From an uncultured Nitrososphaerales archaeon (lineage in GTDB: Archaea; Thermoproteota; Nitrososphaeria; Nitrososphaerales; Nitrososphaeraceae), in contig CAVOHZ010000008.1 of assembly GCA_963695855.1 (NCBI GenBank), forward strand, positions 448,001 through 512,000: a stretch of 64,000 nucleotides of DNA. Direction: 5' to 3'. Under the pieces are notes generated by a model that was given only the letters and a program-made list of their open reading frames with translations, did no database searches and was not told the DNA's origin. Below are positions 9,693-19,284 of this stretch, one piece after another (position 1 is the stretch's first letter; every line of letters begins with the position of its first letter). The translations under genes and the position numbers were made by a program.

Positions 9693-11168
9693 TTATATCA
9701 GATTCACTAGGAGGAATTTAATAATAGTTCTTATTCCGAAACCTGTGGCTCCTTTTGGATTATATGATTTAGACAATGTTCCTTCTTGATTCCATGCAGT
9801 TCCTGCAATATCAATATGTGCCCATGGCACATCACCTACAAAATTCGATAAAAATGCAGCTGCGGTTATTGCACCGCCAGATCTTCCGCCTATATTTTTT
9901 ATATCTGCAGAATTACTTTTTATCTGTTCATGATATTCCTCAAATAAAGGTAATTCCCACAATTTCTCATAAGTACTATTGGAATGGTCGATAATCTTTT
10001 TAATTAATTCGGAATTAGTACCTATTATTCCAGCAACATTTGATCCTAGTGCGATTACACATGCTCCGGTCAGTGTAGCCATATCAATTGCCAATTTTGG
10101 TTTGTATATGCTTATTCCATAAGATAACGCATCAGCAAGAATCAATCTGCCTTCGGCGTCGGTATTTAATACTTCTACTTTCTTTCTATTATGCATTTCA
10201 ATAATGTCACTCGGTTTGTATGAAGAATCTGATGGCATATTTTCTACGGAGGGAACTATTCCTATTACATAGATCTTGGGTTTTAGTATTGATAATGCTT
10301 TCATAATGGCAATAATATTCACTCCACCGCATTTGTCAAATTTCATCTCCTCCATCCGTTCGCTAGGTTTAATGGATATCCCTCCAGAATCGAATGTTAC
10401 AGCCTTGCCTACAAGTAAAATTGGATTTTCATCATTTTTGTTTCCATGATACTCCATTATGATTAGTTTTGGTTGATTTTTACTTCCTCTCCCTACAGAT
10501 GCTATTCCATTCAATCCAAGTAATTTCATTTTCTTGAAGTCAATAATTTTTGTTTCAATTGCTTTTTTGTTAATATTTATTGCAATTTTTGCTAGATACT
10601 CAGGTGTACATTCGTTAGGTGGTAAATTACTTATATCTCTAGCAAAATTCACTGTTTCTGAAATTATCGAAGCTCTATCAATAATCGTTTGAAATTGTTT
10701 GGACTTCGAATTACAAAGTATTGCTACCGTTTGAAGATGATTTTTTTCGCTCTTTGTTTTATATTTATCAAAGGAATACGAAGACAGAATTATTCCCTCA
10801 GTAATTGCCTCTATTATTTCTTCGGATAAATCAAAAGGAACAATTGAAAATTCTTCTATATCAAATTCCTTTAAATATTGTACTATTTTTCCTGAAATTA
10901 TTCTTGCTTTTTCTGCATTAAAATCGGTTTTTTTTGCTAATCCAACAAATAAAATATTTTGTGCTGGCATCCTTGATAATGTATTTAATTCGAACATACA
11001 CCCAAATTTTGAACTATATTTATCATGAAAGTGCCTTGCTGCCTTTACTAGTTCCTTATTTAGACTATGAAATAACTGGGAATAATCTTCATCTTCAAAA
11101 TAACCTATAACCAATACTTGAGAATTTTTTTTTCCTACTTTTGTTTCATCTGCTCTTATTCTTAACAT
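9693..11168 (-). CDS. pepA: Leucyl aminopeptidase (M17)
   Basis: LVGKAVTFDSGG, NTDAEGRL and WAHIDIAG motifs. Confidence 0.95.
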   Translation of the reverse strand: MLRIRADETKVGKKNSQVLVIGYFEDEDYSQLFHSLNKELVKAARHFHDKYSSKFGCMFELNTLSRMPAQNILFVGLAKKTDFNAEKARIISGKIVQYLKEFDIEEFSIVPFDLSEEIIEAITEGIILSSYSFDKYKTKSEKNHLQTVAILCNSKSKQFQTIIDRASIISETVNFARDISNLPPNECTPEYLAKIAININKKAIETKIIDFKKMKLLGLNGIASVGRGSKNQPKLIIMEYHGNKNDENPILLVGKAVTFDSGGISIKPSERMEEMKFDKCGGVNIIAIMKALSILKPKIYVIGIVPSVENMPSDSSYKPSDIIEMHNRKKVEVLNTDAEGRLILADALSYGISIYKPKLAIDMATLTGACVIALGSNVAGIIGTNSELIKKIIDHSNSTYEKLWELPLFEEYHEQIKSNSADIKNIGGRSGGAITAAAFLSNFVGDVPWAHIDIAGTAWNQEGTLSKSYNPKGATGFGIRTIIKFLLVNLI

Positions 11169-11324
11169 CCCTTTTGAATTCCTAATTAGAATATTTTAAA
11201 CTATTGAATTGTTTTTCCTCTTTGTAAAATAGGACCAAATTTATTACTAATGAACCAGCTAGATTTTTATCTATCGTGTTATTTTGTTCCAATATTCCAC
11301 TAAAGTGGTTTGAAGGTATAGCTT

Positions 11325-12962
11325 ATGGGATTTAGCATGCGTTATTTGGATATGAAAGCAAAAATCCGTGAAATCAGGATAAATGCTATCAAAGGAATAG
11401 CGGAAGCAGGGTCGGGTCACCCAGGTGCATCATTTTCTGCAGCCGAGATAATGGGCGTGTTGTATTTCAGAATATTAAAACACGATCCTTCAAATCCTGA
11501 ATGGTCAGGACGAGATTATTTTATCAATTCCAAAGGTCATTCTGCACCTGGTTTCTATGCAACATTGGCAGTTGCTGGATATTTTCCAACTGACGAAATG
11601 AAAGATCTTAGAAAATTCGGTTCAAGACTGCAAGGTCATCCAGTTAGATACTCTAAATACCTCGAGAATCATTCTCTACCTGGTGTAGAATATTCTGCAG
11701 GTTCTGAAGGTATAGGACTTTCTGTATCAATAGGAATTGCTCTATCTAATATTATAGATAACAAAAAAAACCGTGTCTATGTTCTATTGGGAGATGGAGA
11801 GACCAATGAGGGTCAGATATGGGAAGCTGCAATGACTGCGCCTAAATTTAAACTTGATAATCTAGTTGTGTTCCTAGATCGAAATAGGATCCAGCAAGAT
11901 GGATTTACTGAAGATATTATGCCAATAGATCCTGTGCGTGATAAATGGCTAGCATTTAACTGGAATGTCATAGAAATCAATGGTCATAAGATAGAACAAA
12001 TAATGGATGCGTTAAATAAAGCTGGTCAAATCAAGGACAAACCTACTATTATAATTGCAAACACGATAAAAGGTAATGGAATTAAACATATGGCAAATAA
12101 CCCTCAATGGCATGGCAGAGCACCACATCATAAACAAAGTCCACTATTACTACAAGAATTGGAAGGCGATTATATGATATCTCCATCAATAATCGCTGGT
12201 GAAAAGGAAAATTATGAAGAAAAGATAAGGAAAGCCGAACGTGCCGGGGCTGATATGATTCATCTGGACGTAATGGACGGTAAATTCGTTCCAAACACCA
12301 CCTTCTTAGCCGATACCATAAAAAAATTAAGACCTATAACCAATCTCCCATTTGACACCCATCTTATGATTGAAAATCCTTACGAATACATACATGAATA
12401 TATCGATGCGTCATGTGATATTATTACAGTTCACGCGGAAACATGCGATGAAGAACAGTTTATCTGCATAAGAGACAAAGTATTGTCTCATGGAATTAGC
12501 TTGGGTATTGCTATAAATCCAGAAACTAACCTTCCAAAATGGGTGTTTTCTAATCTAAATTCCATTGATGTAATAATAATAATGTCAGTTCATCCTGGGT
12601 TTTCAGGACAAAAATTTATTCCAGAAACTACATCAAAGATTTTCAATTTAAATAAAATCTTAAAAAATCATGGATTTAAGGGATATATCGAGGCTGATGG
12701 AGGAATAGATGCATCTACTGTTCAGCAAGTTTATGATGCAGGAGCTAGAATCATGGTAGCCGGAAGTGCAGTATTTTCTAATAGTGATATTAATTCAGCT
12801 ATAATACAATTGAGACATAAAACTAATGTTACCTTAGAAAGAAATCTTTTGCGCAAAGCGGATGAAAATAATATAAGAAAAGATTGGTTAGTTGCACGTA
12901 AACATATCTTGATACCACTTGCAAATGAACTTGGTATAGAGGATGAAATAAATGAATTCTAG
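11325..12962 (+). CDS. Fusion of transketolase N-terminal (TPP-binding) section and ribulose-phosphate 3-epimerase
   Basis: SGHPG, SKGH, LQGHP and GDGE in the N-half; ISPSII, IHLDVMDGKFVPN, DTHLM, MSVHPGFSGQKF and EADGGI in the C-half; single ORF. Confidence 0.92.
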   Translation: MGFSMRYLDMKAKIREIRINAIKGIAEAGSGHPGASFSAAEIMGVLYFRILKHDPSNPEWSGRDYFINSKGHSAPGFYATLAVAGYFPTDEMKDLRKFGSRLQGHPVRYSKYLENHSLPGVEYSAGSEGIGLSVSIGIALSNIIDNKKNRVYVLLGDGETNEGQIWEAAMTAPKFKLDNLVVFLDRNRIQQDGFTEDIMPIDPVRDKWLAFNWNVIEINGHKIEQIMDALNKAGQIKDKPTIIIANTIKGNGIKHMANNPQWHGRAPHHKQSPLLLQELEGDYMISPSIIAGEKENYEEKIRKAERAGADMIHLDVMDGKFVPNTTFLADTIKKLRPITNLPFDTHLMIENPYEYIHEYIDASCDIITVHAETCDEEQFICIRDKVLSHGISLGIAINPETNLPKWVFSNLNSIDVIIIMSVHPGFSGQKFIPETTSKIFNLNKILKNHGFKGYIEADGGIDASTVQQVYDAGARIMVAGSAVFSNSDINSAIIQLRHKTNVTLERNLLRKADENNIRKDWLVARKHILIPLANELGIEDEINEF

Positions 12963-13932
12963 TGTAAAGTTTGCAGATATGAGGTCAGCTTATGGGAACA
13001 CATTAGTTGAATTAGGTATGATTAACAAAAACATTGTATGTGTTGGCGCTGATACTACTGATTCACTTAAAACCAAAAAATTTGGAGATAAATTCCCAGA
13101 AAGATTTTTCAACATCGGAATAGCAGAAGCTAATCTAGTTTCTATTGCTGCAGGCTTGGCAATGACTGGAAAAATTGCATTCGCAAGTACCTACGCTGCC
13201 TTCTTACCTGGAAGATGTCTAGATCAAATAAGAAATGCTATATGCTATCCTGACCTAAATGTAAAGTTAGTTGTATCTCATGCAGGTTTAACTGTAGGTC
13301 CAGATGGAGCTTCGCATCAACAGATAGAAGATATTGCAATTATGAGATCTATACCTAACATGAAAGTAATAACACCTTCAGATGCAGTATCTGTTACAAG
13401 ACTAATTAAAAACATTGTTGACATTCCAGGACCTTTTTATATAAGACTTGCAAGACCTTCTAGTGAAATTCTTTATGGAGAAAATGATTCTGACTTCAAG
13501 ATAGGAAAAGGAAATATTCTACGTGAGGGTTCCGATATGACTATAATTAGTTGCGGATTAATGGTATACAAATCATTACAAGCAGCAGACAATCTGAAAA
13601 AGAATCATGGTATTTCTTGTAGAGTTATAGATTGCTATTCAATAAAACCTATTGATCGTGATCTTGTAATTGCAGCTGCTAAGGAGACTGGATATATCAT
13701 CACCATTGAAGAACATAATTACATTGGAGGACTTGGCAGTGCAATTACTGAAATATGTTCTGAAGAATATCCTTGTTATGTTAAACGTCTTGGGATAAAA
13801 GATATATTTGGAGAATCTGCACGAGATTCAGAATTAAATCTCTTGCTGGAAAAGTATGGATTAACCGAAAAAGAAATAGAACGGCATGTTCTATCTACTC
13901 TATATAGAATTAAAAATGGAAATCTTTCTTGA
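12952..13932 (+). CDS. Transketolase C-terminal section
   Basis: FPERFFNIGIAEAN, GPDGASHQ and EEHNYIGGLGS motifs. Confidence 0.93.
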   Translation: MNSSVKFADMRSAYGNTLVELGMINKNIVCVGADTTDSLKTKKFGDKFPERFFNIGIAEANLVSIAAGLAMTGKIAFASTYAAFLPGRCLDQIRNAICYPDLNVKLVVSHAGLTVGPDGASHQQIEDIAIMRSIPNMKVITPSDAVSVTRLIKNIVDIPGPFYIRLARPSSEILYGENDSDFKIGKGNILREGSDMTIISCGLMVYKSLQAADNLKKNHGISCRVIDCYSIKPIDRDLVIAAAKETGYIITIEEHNYIGGLGSAITEICSEEYPCYVKRLGIKDIFGESARDSELNLLLEKYGLTEKEIERHVLSTLYRIKNGNLS

Positions 13933-14572
13933 TACTGCTAATTTAAAATCTATACGTCATTATAATGAAATGGGCATGGTGGACGGCATTACAACCAATC
14001 CTACTCTACTTTCTAAAGAAGATGGTAATCCAGAAGATATAATGCATGAGATAGTAAATATTGTTAAAGGTCCAGTTAATCTCGAAGTGATAGCAACAGA
14101 AACGGAACAAATGATTCAAGAGGCTCACAATCTGAAAAAATATGGCTCTAACGTCATAGTGAAAATTCCAATGATTCCTGCAGGCTTGAAGGCTGTAAAG
14201 CAATTAACTGACATCGGTATAAAGACCAATGTCACTTTGGTTTTTTCAGCTAATCAAGCTATTTTAGCCGCCAAGGCCGGCGCATCTTATGTCAGTCCTT
14301 TTATTGGTAGAATAGATGATTCTGGTCAAGAAGGCATGGCTATCATTAAAGAAATACATCAAATTTTTAAAAATTACCAATACAAATCCAAAATTCTTGT
14401 TGCAAGTATACGACATCCAATTCATGTGATTGAATCTGCAAAAATTGGAGCTGATGTAGTTACTTTGCCACCTGAAATCTTAGGGAAAATGCTTTCACAT
14501 CCTCTAACCGATAAAGGTCTTAAGCTTTTTCTTTCTGATTGGGAAAATTTGCAGAAAAAGATTATTAGGTGA
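13916..14572 (+). CDS. tal: Transaldolase (TalC/Fsa family)
   Basis: FLDTAN, GITTNP, VVKIP-like VIVKIP, YVSPFIGR and AS.RHP motifs; start moved to MEIFLD at 13916. Confidence 0.92.
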   Translation: MEIFLDTANLKSIRHYNEMGMVDGITTNPTLLSKEDGNPEDIMHEIVNIVKGPVNLEVIATETEQMIQEAHNLKKYGSNVIVKIPMIPAGLKAVKQLTDIGIKTNVTLVFSANQAILAAKAGASYVSPFIGRIDDSGQEGMAIIKEIHQIFKNYQYKSKILVASIRHPIHVIESAKIGADVVTLPPEILGKMLSHPLTDKGLKLFLSDWENLQKKIIR

Positions 14573-14589
14573 AAATTATCTCATTTTAT

Positions 14590-16161
14590 TTATATCTTAA
14601 GTAAATTAATCACTTTCTTCGGAATATCCTCAACTCTAGTGGCTAATGTCTTATTATAATTCAAATATTTTAAATTGTGACCAATATTTATTAAATCGTT
14701 CATATCTTTGCCAACCCCTAGAGCAGCCATATGGATAGACATGCTTCTGTATTTCAATACCATCTCCTTGACTGCTTCATAGTTTGAAGGTTCACCGTCT
14801 GTTAGCGTGATCATTATGTTTGGTTTGAACGATCTAATAAAACGCAATAAAATTGAATAGATCTCAGCTAACGGTGTACCACCACTTGCTCTAATTTGAA
14901 CTAATCTTCTTGCGTTAGATATAGACCATGGAACCCTTGGAGGTTTTATAAGCCAACATTTTACCCTTTTCGATTCGGTACTAAATGCAAATACAGAAAA
15001 TTCAATACCTAAGTAGTCCAATGCTTCACATAATGCAACTGTGGCTTGTTTGTATTTTAATTCGACATCCTCAATACTGCTTGAATGATCAAGTAAAATT
15101 ACAACTCTTGTTCGAATTGAAATTTTATGATCTGTAAGGAAAGGTTTATCGTGAGAATCTAAATATGTTTCTACATCTAATTCTTCTCCTTTATCTTCGT
15201 GAACTTCTATCCAACCAGATTTCCAGTCCCTAAACGCAGATTTTATTCTCTGAATTAATTCTATATCATATATTTCTGATTCATTTACATCTGTTTTATT
15301 TGGTATGCTTATGTCAAAGTTTTCTAAACTATCATATCCTTTAGTTTCTGATTTTTTACTTTCCTTTATGAGCGTTTCATATTCTTTTATTACATCACTT
15401 GCTTGTATTATTTCTTTAACCGCTTTATCAAATTCCTTATTCATTAGCTTTGATTTCACGATTTTTTCTATCTGTTTTATAAGTTCTGATTTTGTCATAC
15501 CCAAACCTATTTTTGATCTTGGGGAGGTTATTGGAATGGACAATAACGGATCTATTTGTAATCTTTTAATAATTTCTTTTACTTGGTCATATATCCACTC
15601 CGTTCCCCTTCTTCCCTCAATAGCATCCTTGATGCATTTATTTGCATAGTCTGCAGCATTTTTTACTCTCTCAAATTCATTACCAAATAACTCGCCCTTC
15701 ATATATCCTGTCAGAAAATATTGTGAAAAAGCTTCAATTAATTTGTGTGTGCCATAAATAGTATTTAATAAGGGTTTTGTTAACCATGACATGGCTTCGT
15801 AGAAAATTATTTCATTAGTCATCCCTTGCCAAATTTCAAGTCCCACTATTTCAACTCTTTTTGTTTCTAGACAATTAAGAATAAAACCATAGGCATGCTC
15901 TTTACTTGATGCCTTAACTTTTGTACAATATTTTATCCTCATCGCCTCGTACCAAAGAGTTACTCTCCATTGCCTATACCTATCAAATTCTTCACCATGA
16001 AAATATTTTAGTGTAGGAAGAAAGATCTGTTGTCGGTCTATATCCGTATATGGTTGTTTATCATCTGATAAAGAAACAATAACCTTTGGATTATCAGACC
16101 ATCTTCTTGCTAAGAAAGTTGATATATCTAACAATATAGAATTCGCCGAAGCTGAATTCAT
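14590..16161 (-). CDS. vWA domain protein, NorD/CbbO-like partner of a MoxR ATPase
   Basis: C-terminal MIDAS motif (LLDHSSS...GGTP...LTDGEP) after a helical N-terminal region. Confidence 0.8.
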   Translation of the reverse strand: MNSASANSILLDISTFLARRWSDNPKVIVSLSDDKQPYTDIDRQQIFLPTLKYFHGEEFDRYRQWRVTLWYEAMRIKYCTKVKASSKEHAYGFILNCLETKRVEIVGLEIWQGMTNEIIFYEAMSWLTKPLLNTIYGTHKLIEAFSQYFLTGYMKGELFGNEFERVKNAADYANKCIKDAIEGRRGTEWIYDQVKEIIKRLQIDPLLSIPITSPRSKIGLGMTKSELIKQIEKIVKSKLMNKEFDKAVKEIIQASDVIKEYETLIKESKKSETKGYDSLENFDISIPNKTDVNESEIYDIELIQRIKSAFRDWKSGWIEVHEDKGEELDVETYLDSHDKPFLTDHKISIRTRVVILLDHSSSIEDVELKYKQATVALCEALDYLGIEFSVFAFSTESKRVKCWLIKPPRVPWSISNARRLVQIRASGGTPLAEIYSILLRFIRSFKPNIMITLTDGEPSNYEAVKEMVLKYRSMSIHMAALGVGKDMNDLINIGHNLKYLNYNKTLATRVEDIPKKVINLLKI

Positions 16162-16295
16162 TAATATATAATGATTATTTTTGATATTTTTAACCGTATC
16201 AACTAGAAAAATATAGGATTGATTATAAAAATTTTGTTGATTTTGAATATTCTTTTATTAACAGTTCATAAAAAAAATAAAAGAGAAATAAAATT

Positions 16296-16780
16296 TTAGA
16301 CTGGTGGTGAGGAGAGCAGATCAATTATTTCATGTCTATCAAACATTGAATATGAATACAAACCGTCTTTGGGTTATAACGGAACTAGTTTGTAGTACAC
16401 TTCTTACATCTATAGTTTCTTTACTGTTCTCAGTTGAGACTAGGCAATTGTATAATACTTCAAGTCATTGTGCGTCAACAAGAGCTATGGATTTAATTTG
16501 TATTTGGCTTAGAACTGTAAAGCATTCTCAAATGTCTGGTCCTCTGCTTCGACATCTATCTATGGGTCCAGATTTATGTTTACACGGACATTTGCAAGAA
16601 TCTTATCGGTATTCAGAAAATAAGCCCATCCATTACCGTTCGTTCTCATTTCATGGAAATTTATACTTTAGTGTTTCTTGATGACTGTCATAAACAAAGT
16701 CATCTTCATAGGGTTGTGCATGTTCACAAATAGTAAAAGACGGAGATGATAAATCCAAATCCCCGCGAATGATCCAGCAT
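16296..16780 (-). pseudogene. Possible degraded gene remnant of unknown family
   Basis: Less AT-rich than flanks; minus-strand peptide-like stretches (HAQPYEDDFVYDSHQETLKYKFP*, LANVRVNINLDP*IDVEAEDQTFENALQF*) broken by stops. Confidence 0.3.
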
Positions 16781-17021
16781 ATAAAATAACCCCAGTTTTA
16801 TTATGAGTAATTATTTATCAATTATCAACAAATTATTTAGAGTTTAAAGGATTATTAGAAAGATATTTGAAAATAAATTGTTTTTGTTTCTAAAAATAGA
16901 TATAAGTGTAGAAATGTAAATAGAGAATATGTTACTTATACCAAATTCATGATGGTTTTAGATACTAAAAAGTAAATTTAAATCAGTAATAATAAAAAAT
17001 AGTATTTTAGTCCAGTCTATA

Positions 17022-17831
17022 TCACCCAAATATCGATGTTATCATGTCCATGACTTTCCTAAATTCTACTTCTCCCCATTGATTATATGCATTGGCAAAA
17101 ACTATCTCTGCAGATAATTTTGGTTCGGTTCCTATGTTAATTAATTTAGTGAATGCTATTGTTTCTCTAAGACTCGGACCATAATACAATTCTTCAACAG
17201 CCGCTGCTTCCCTTAGTATTCTAGCTAATTTAACTGCACGTTGAACTGGCACGATATGTTCATTATCTATCTGTATATGCTGTTTTATAATCTCGAGTTC
17301 TATATCTTCAGGTGGATAATCCATGTTTATCCTAATAGGAAATCTACTTAATAATTGTGGAGGGAGCTCTTTTGTTCCAATATGAGACAACGGATTAATG
17401 GTGGAGATCACGAACCAATCTTCATTAGCATGAATTATTTGTCCTTCTGCCTCTTTTAATATTAACTGTCTTCTATCATCGAGTGCCTCATCCAATCTTA
17501 AAAGCATATCCGGTTCAGCTGCATTTAACTCATCAAGATAAAGTATTCCTCCTTCCCTCATTGATTTTACCAAAACCCCTTCAATAAAGCTGATTTCTCC
17601 TTTTTCGATGGTTTTAGTTCCAATGAGATGAGATTCTCTTGTTCTTAAGCTAAAATTCACAGAAAAAACCTTTTTTCCTGTCTCTTCTGCAAATTTTCTT
17701 ACTAGAGAAGTTTTTCCCGTTCCTTTTGGACCAATTATTAAAGCGAATAGCTTCAGTTGACTAGCTCTATGTAAAATATCGGTCGATCCATTCCAATCTA
17801 GATATTTGACTACTTCTGTCAGCTCACTCAT
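17022..17831 (-). CDS. MoxR-family AAA+ ATPase (CbbQ/NirQ/NorQ type)
   Basis: Walker A GPKGTGKT, Walker B LYLDELN, STINP and LLSRF motifs; 269 aa. Confidence 0.9.
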   Translation of the reverse strand: MSELTEVVKYLDWNGSTDILHRASQLKLFALIIGPKGTGKTSLVRKFAEETGKKVFSVNFSLRTRESHLIGTKTIEKGEISFIEGVLVKSMREGGILYLDELNAAEPDMLLRLDEALDDRRQLILKEAEGQIIHANEDWFVISTINPLSHIGTKELPPQLLSRFPIRINMDYPPEDIELEIIKQHIQIDNEHIVPVQRAVKLARILREAAAVEELYYGPSLRETIAFTKLINIGTEPKLSAEIVFANAYNQWGEVEFRKVMDMITSIFG

Positions 17832-17883
17832 CTCATTTTACTAGATGTCGTTTAATTTATAAATTAAACTGTGATTTATAAAA

Positions 17884-19284
17884 TCAATTTCTTCCTGAAC
17901 GTAGAATCATTTTTTTATTACTTATGTAATCTGTTAGTAATATTTTGTCTATTGAGTCTGGATTTATGTAATAAGATCTGCCATTAACATACTTTTCCAT
18001 TTCATTTACATAATTTAATAATGAATCTTCCTCACTTATCATTATTGTATCTATCTGTATTCCTAATTTTTTACATCTTCTTGCTTCCATGATCGTTCGT
18101 TCGCCTATAAATTGGTCAACTTGTCTATATCTATAACACAAATAAACTAATTCTCTAGCATTTACGTCCAGACTCATGTCGTGAGTTTGTTTTATAGAAT
18201 TTATTAGATCCTTATCTGGCACGTAAAAATGTGAATATGGTCTTAGAGATAATATTTTTTCTTGCTCACTTTCAGTATCAATAAAGCATGCACTGGGGTG
18301 ACCATCAGTAATCAGTACTATTCTCTTGTTTTCAACTGGCTTTTTATCTAAAATTTTTTTTGCTAGTCTTAAAGCTGCCTGATAATTGGTATAGTGAAGA
18401 AAATCAGTTCCAGGTTCAAATGTCTTGAGGTAGGGAATATCTAACGGTTTAATTTTGGAAGCGAGAGCTCCAAAACCTATAATGTCAATAATATCTGATG
18501 GAAAATATTTTCTGTTAAGCAGATATAGTGTCCATAAAGCTTTCTTGGCAGCTTCGATTCTACTCAAATTTCCATATAAAGTAGAATATCTCATAGTTGA
18601 ACTAAGATCAATACAGTAAACAACAGCTACTCTTACATCCCTCATTGTTTCATATTCTTCAAAATCTTCAATCTTCAATTCTAGAGGAATTTTTATACTG
18701 TTGTTATCTTTTGCAAGTCTTTGAATAGAGTTCAATAAGGATTTTGGAACATCAATAAGTCTAATGTCATCGCCAATTTCATATCTTTTTGTAGTATCCA
18801 AAATGATTGTACCGTTTCCAAGATTCTTAGTTTCATGTAATCCAATATCTGCATTTTTTAATTCATTCAAAACGTCTTGCAATATTTTTCCTCCTATAAT
18901 TGTAAATCCTTTACTGCTCAACCATTTTTTTGAATCCTTCAAATATCCCTTTTTAATAAGAAGAGTAATTATAGGAACTTGTTTTTTTTCCTCTGCCTTT
19001 TTTACCTTGGATTCGTACCTGTTAGTATTGTATTGATCTACGTCAGGAATATTATTTTCCAATTTTTTCCTTCTTATTAATTCCTGTAATGTTGATTCTA
19101 CTTCCTCTAACGTAGGGGTCCTTTCTTTTATGATTTCTCTCGCTATTGTTTTAAGTATTTCGTTGTTAAGCTCATTGCCGATATTTTGGTTATCTTCTTT
19201 TTCCTCATTTGTTTTCGTATCTCGTAATTTGTGATCATATGGAATGTAAACAAAATCTCTGGAGATATTATGTTTTATATTCAT
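17884..19284 (-). CDS. vWA domain protein
   Basis: CIDLSSTM, YTNYQAAL and LITDGHPSA MIDAS motifs; start overlaps the upstream ATPase stop. Confidence 0.85.
   Translation of the reverse strand: MNIKHNISRDFVYIPYDHKLRDTKTNEEKEDNQNIGNELNNEILKTIAREIIKERTPTLEEVESTLQELIRRKKLENNIPDVDQYNTNRYESKVKKAEEKKQVPIITLLIKKGYLKDSKKWLSSKGFTIIGGKILQDVLNELKNADIGLHETKNLGNGTIILDTTKRYEIGDDIRLIDVPKSLLNSIQRLAKDNNSIKIPLELKIEDFEEYETMRDVRVAVVYCIDLSSTMRYSTLYGNLSRIEAAKKALWTLYLLNRKYFPSDIIDIIGFGALASKIKPLDIPYLKTFEPGTDFLHYTNYQAALRLAKKILDKKPVENKRIVLITDGHPSACFIDTESEQEKILSLRPYSHFYVPDKDLINSIKQTHDMSLDVNARELVYLCYRYRQVDQFIGERTIMEARRCKKLGIQIDTIMISEEDSLLNYVNEMEKYVNGRSYYINPDSIDKILLTDYISNKKMILRSGRN

Noticed and set aside
16304-16681. 125-aa plus-strand ORF
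   Set aside because: Atypical composition, no motif, GTG start; more likely the shadow of a decayed minus-strand gene
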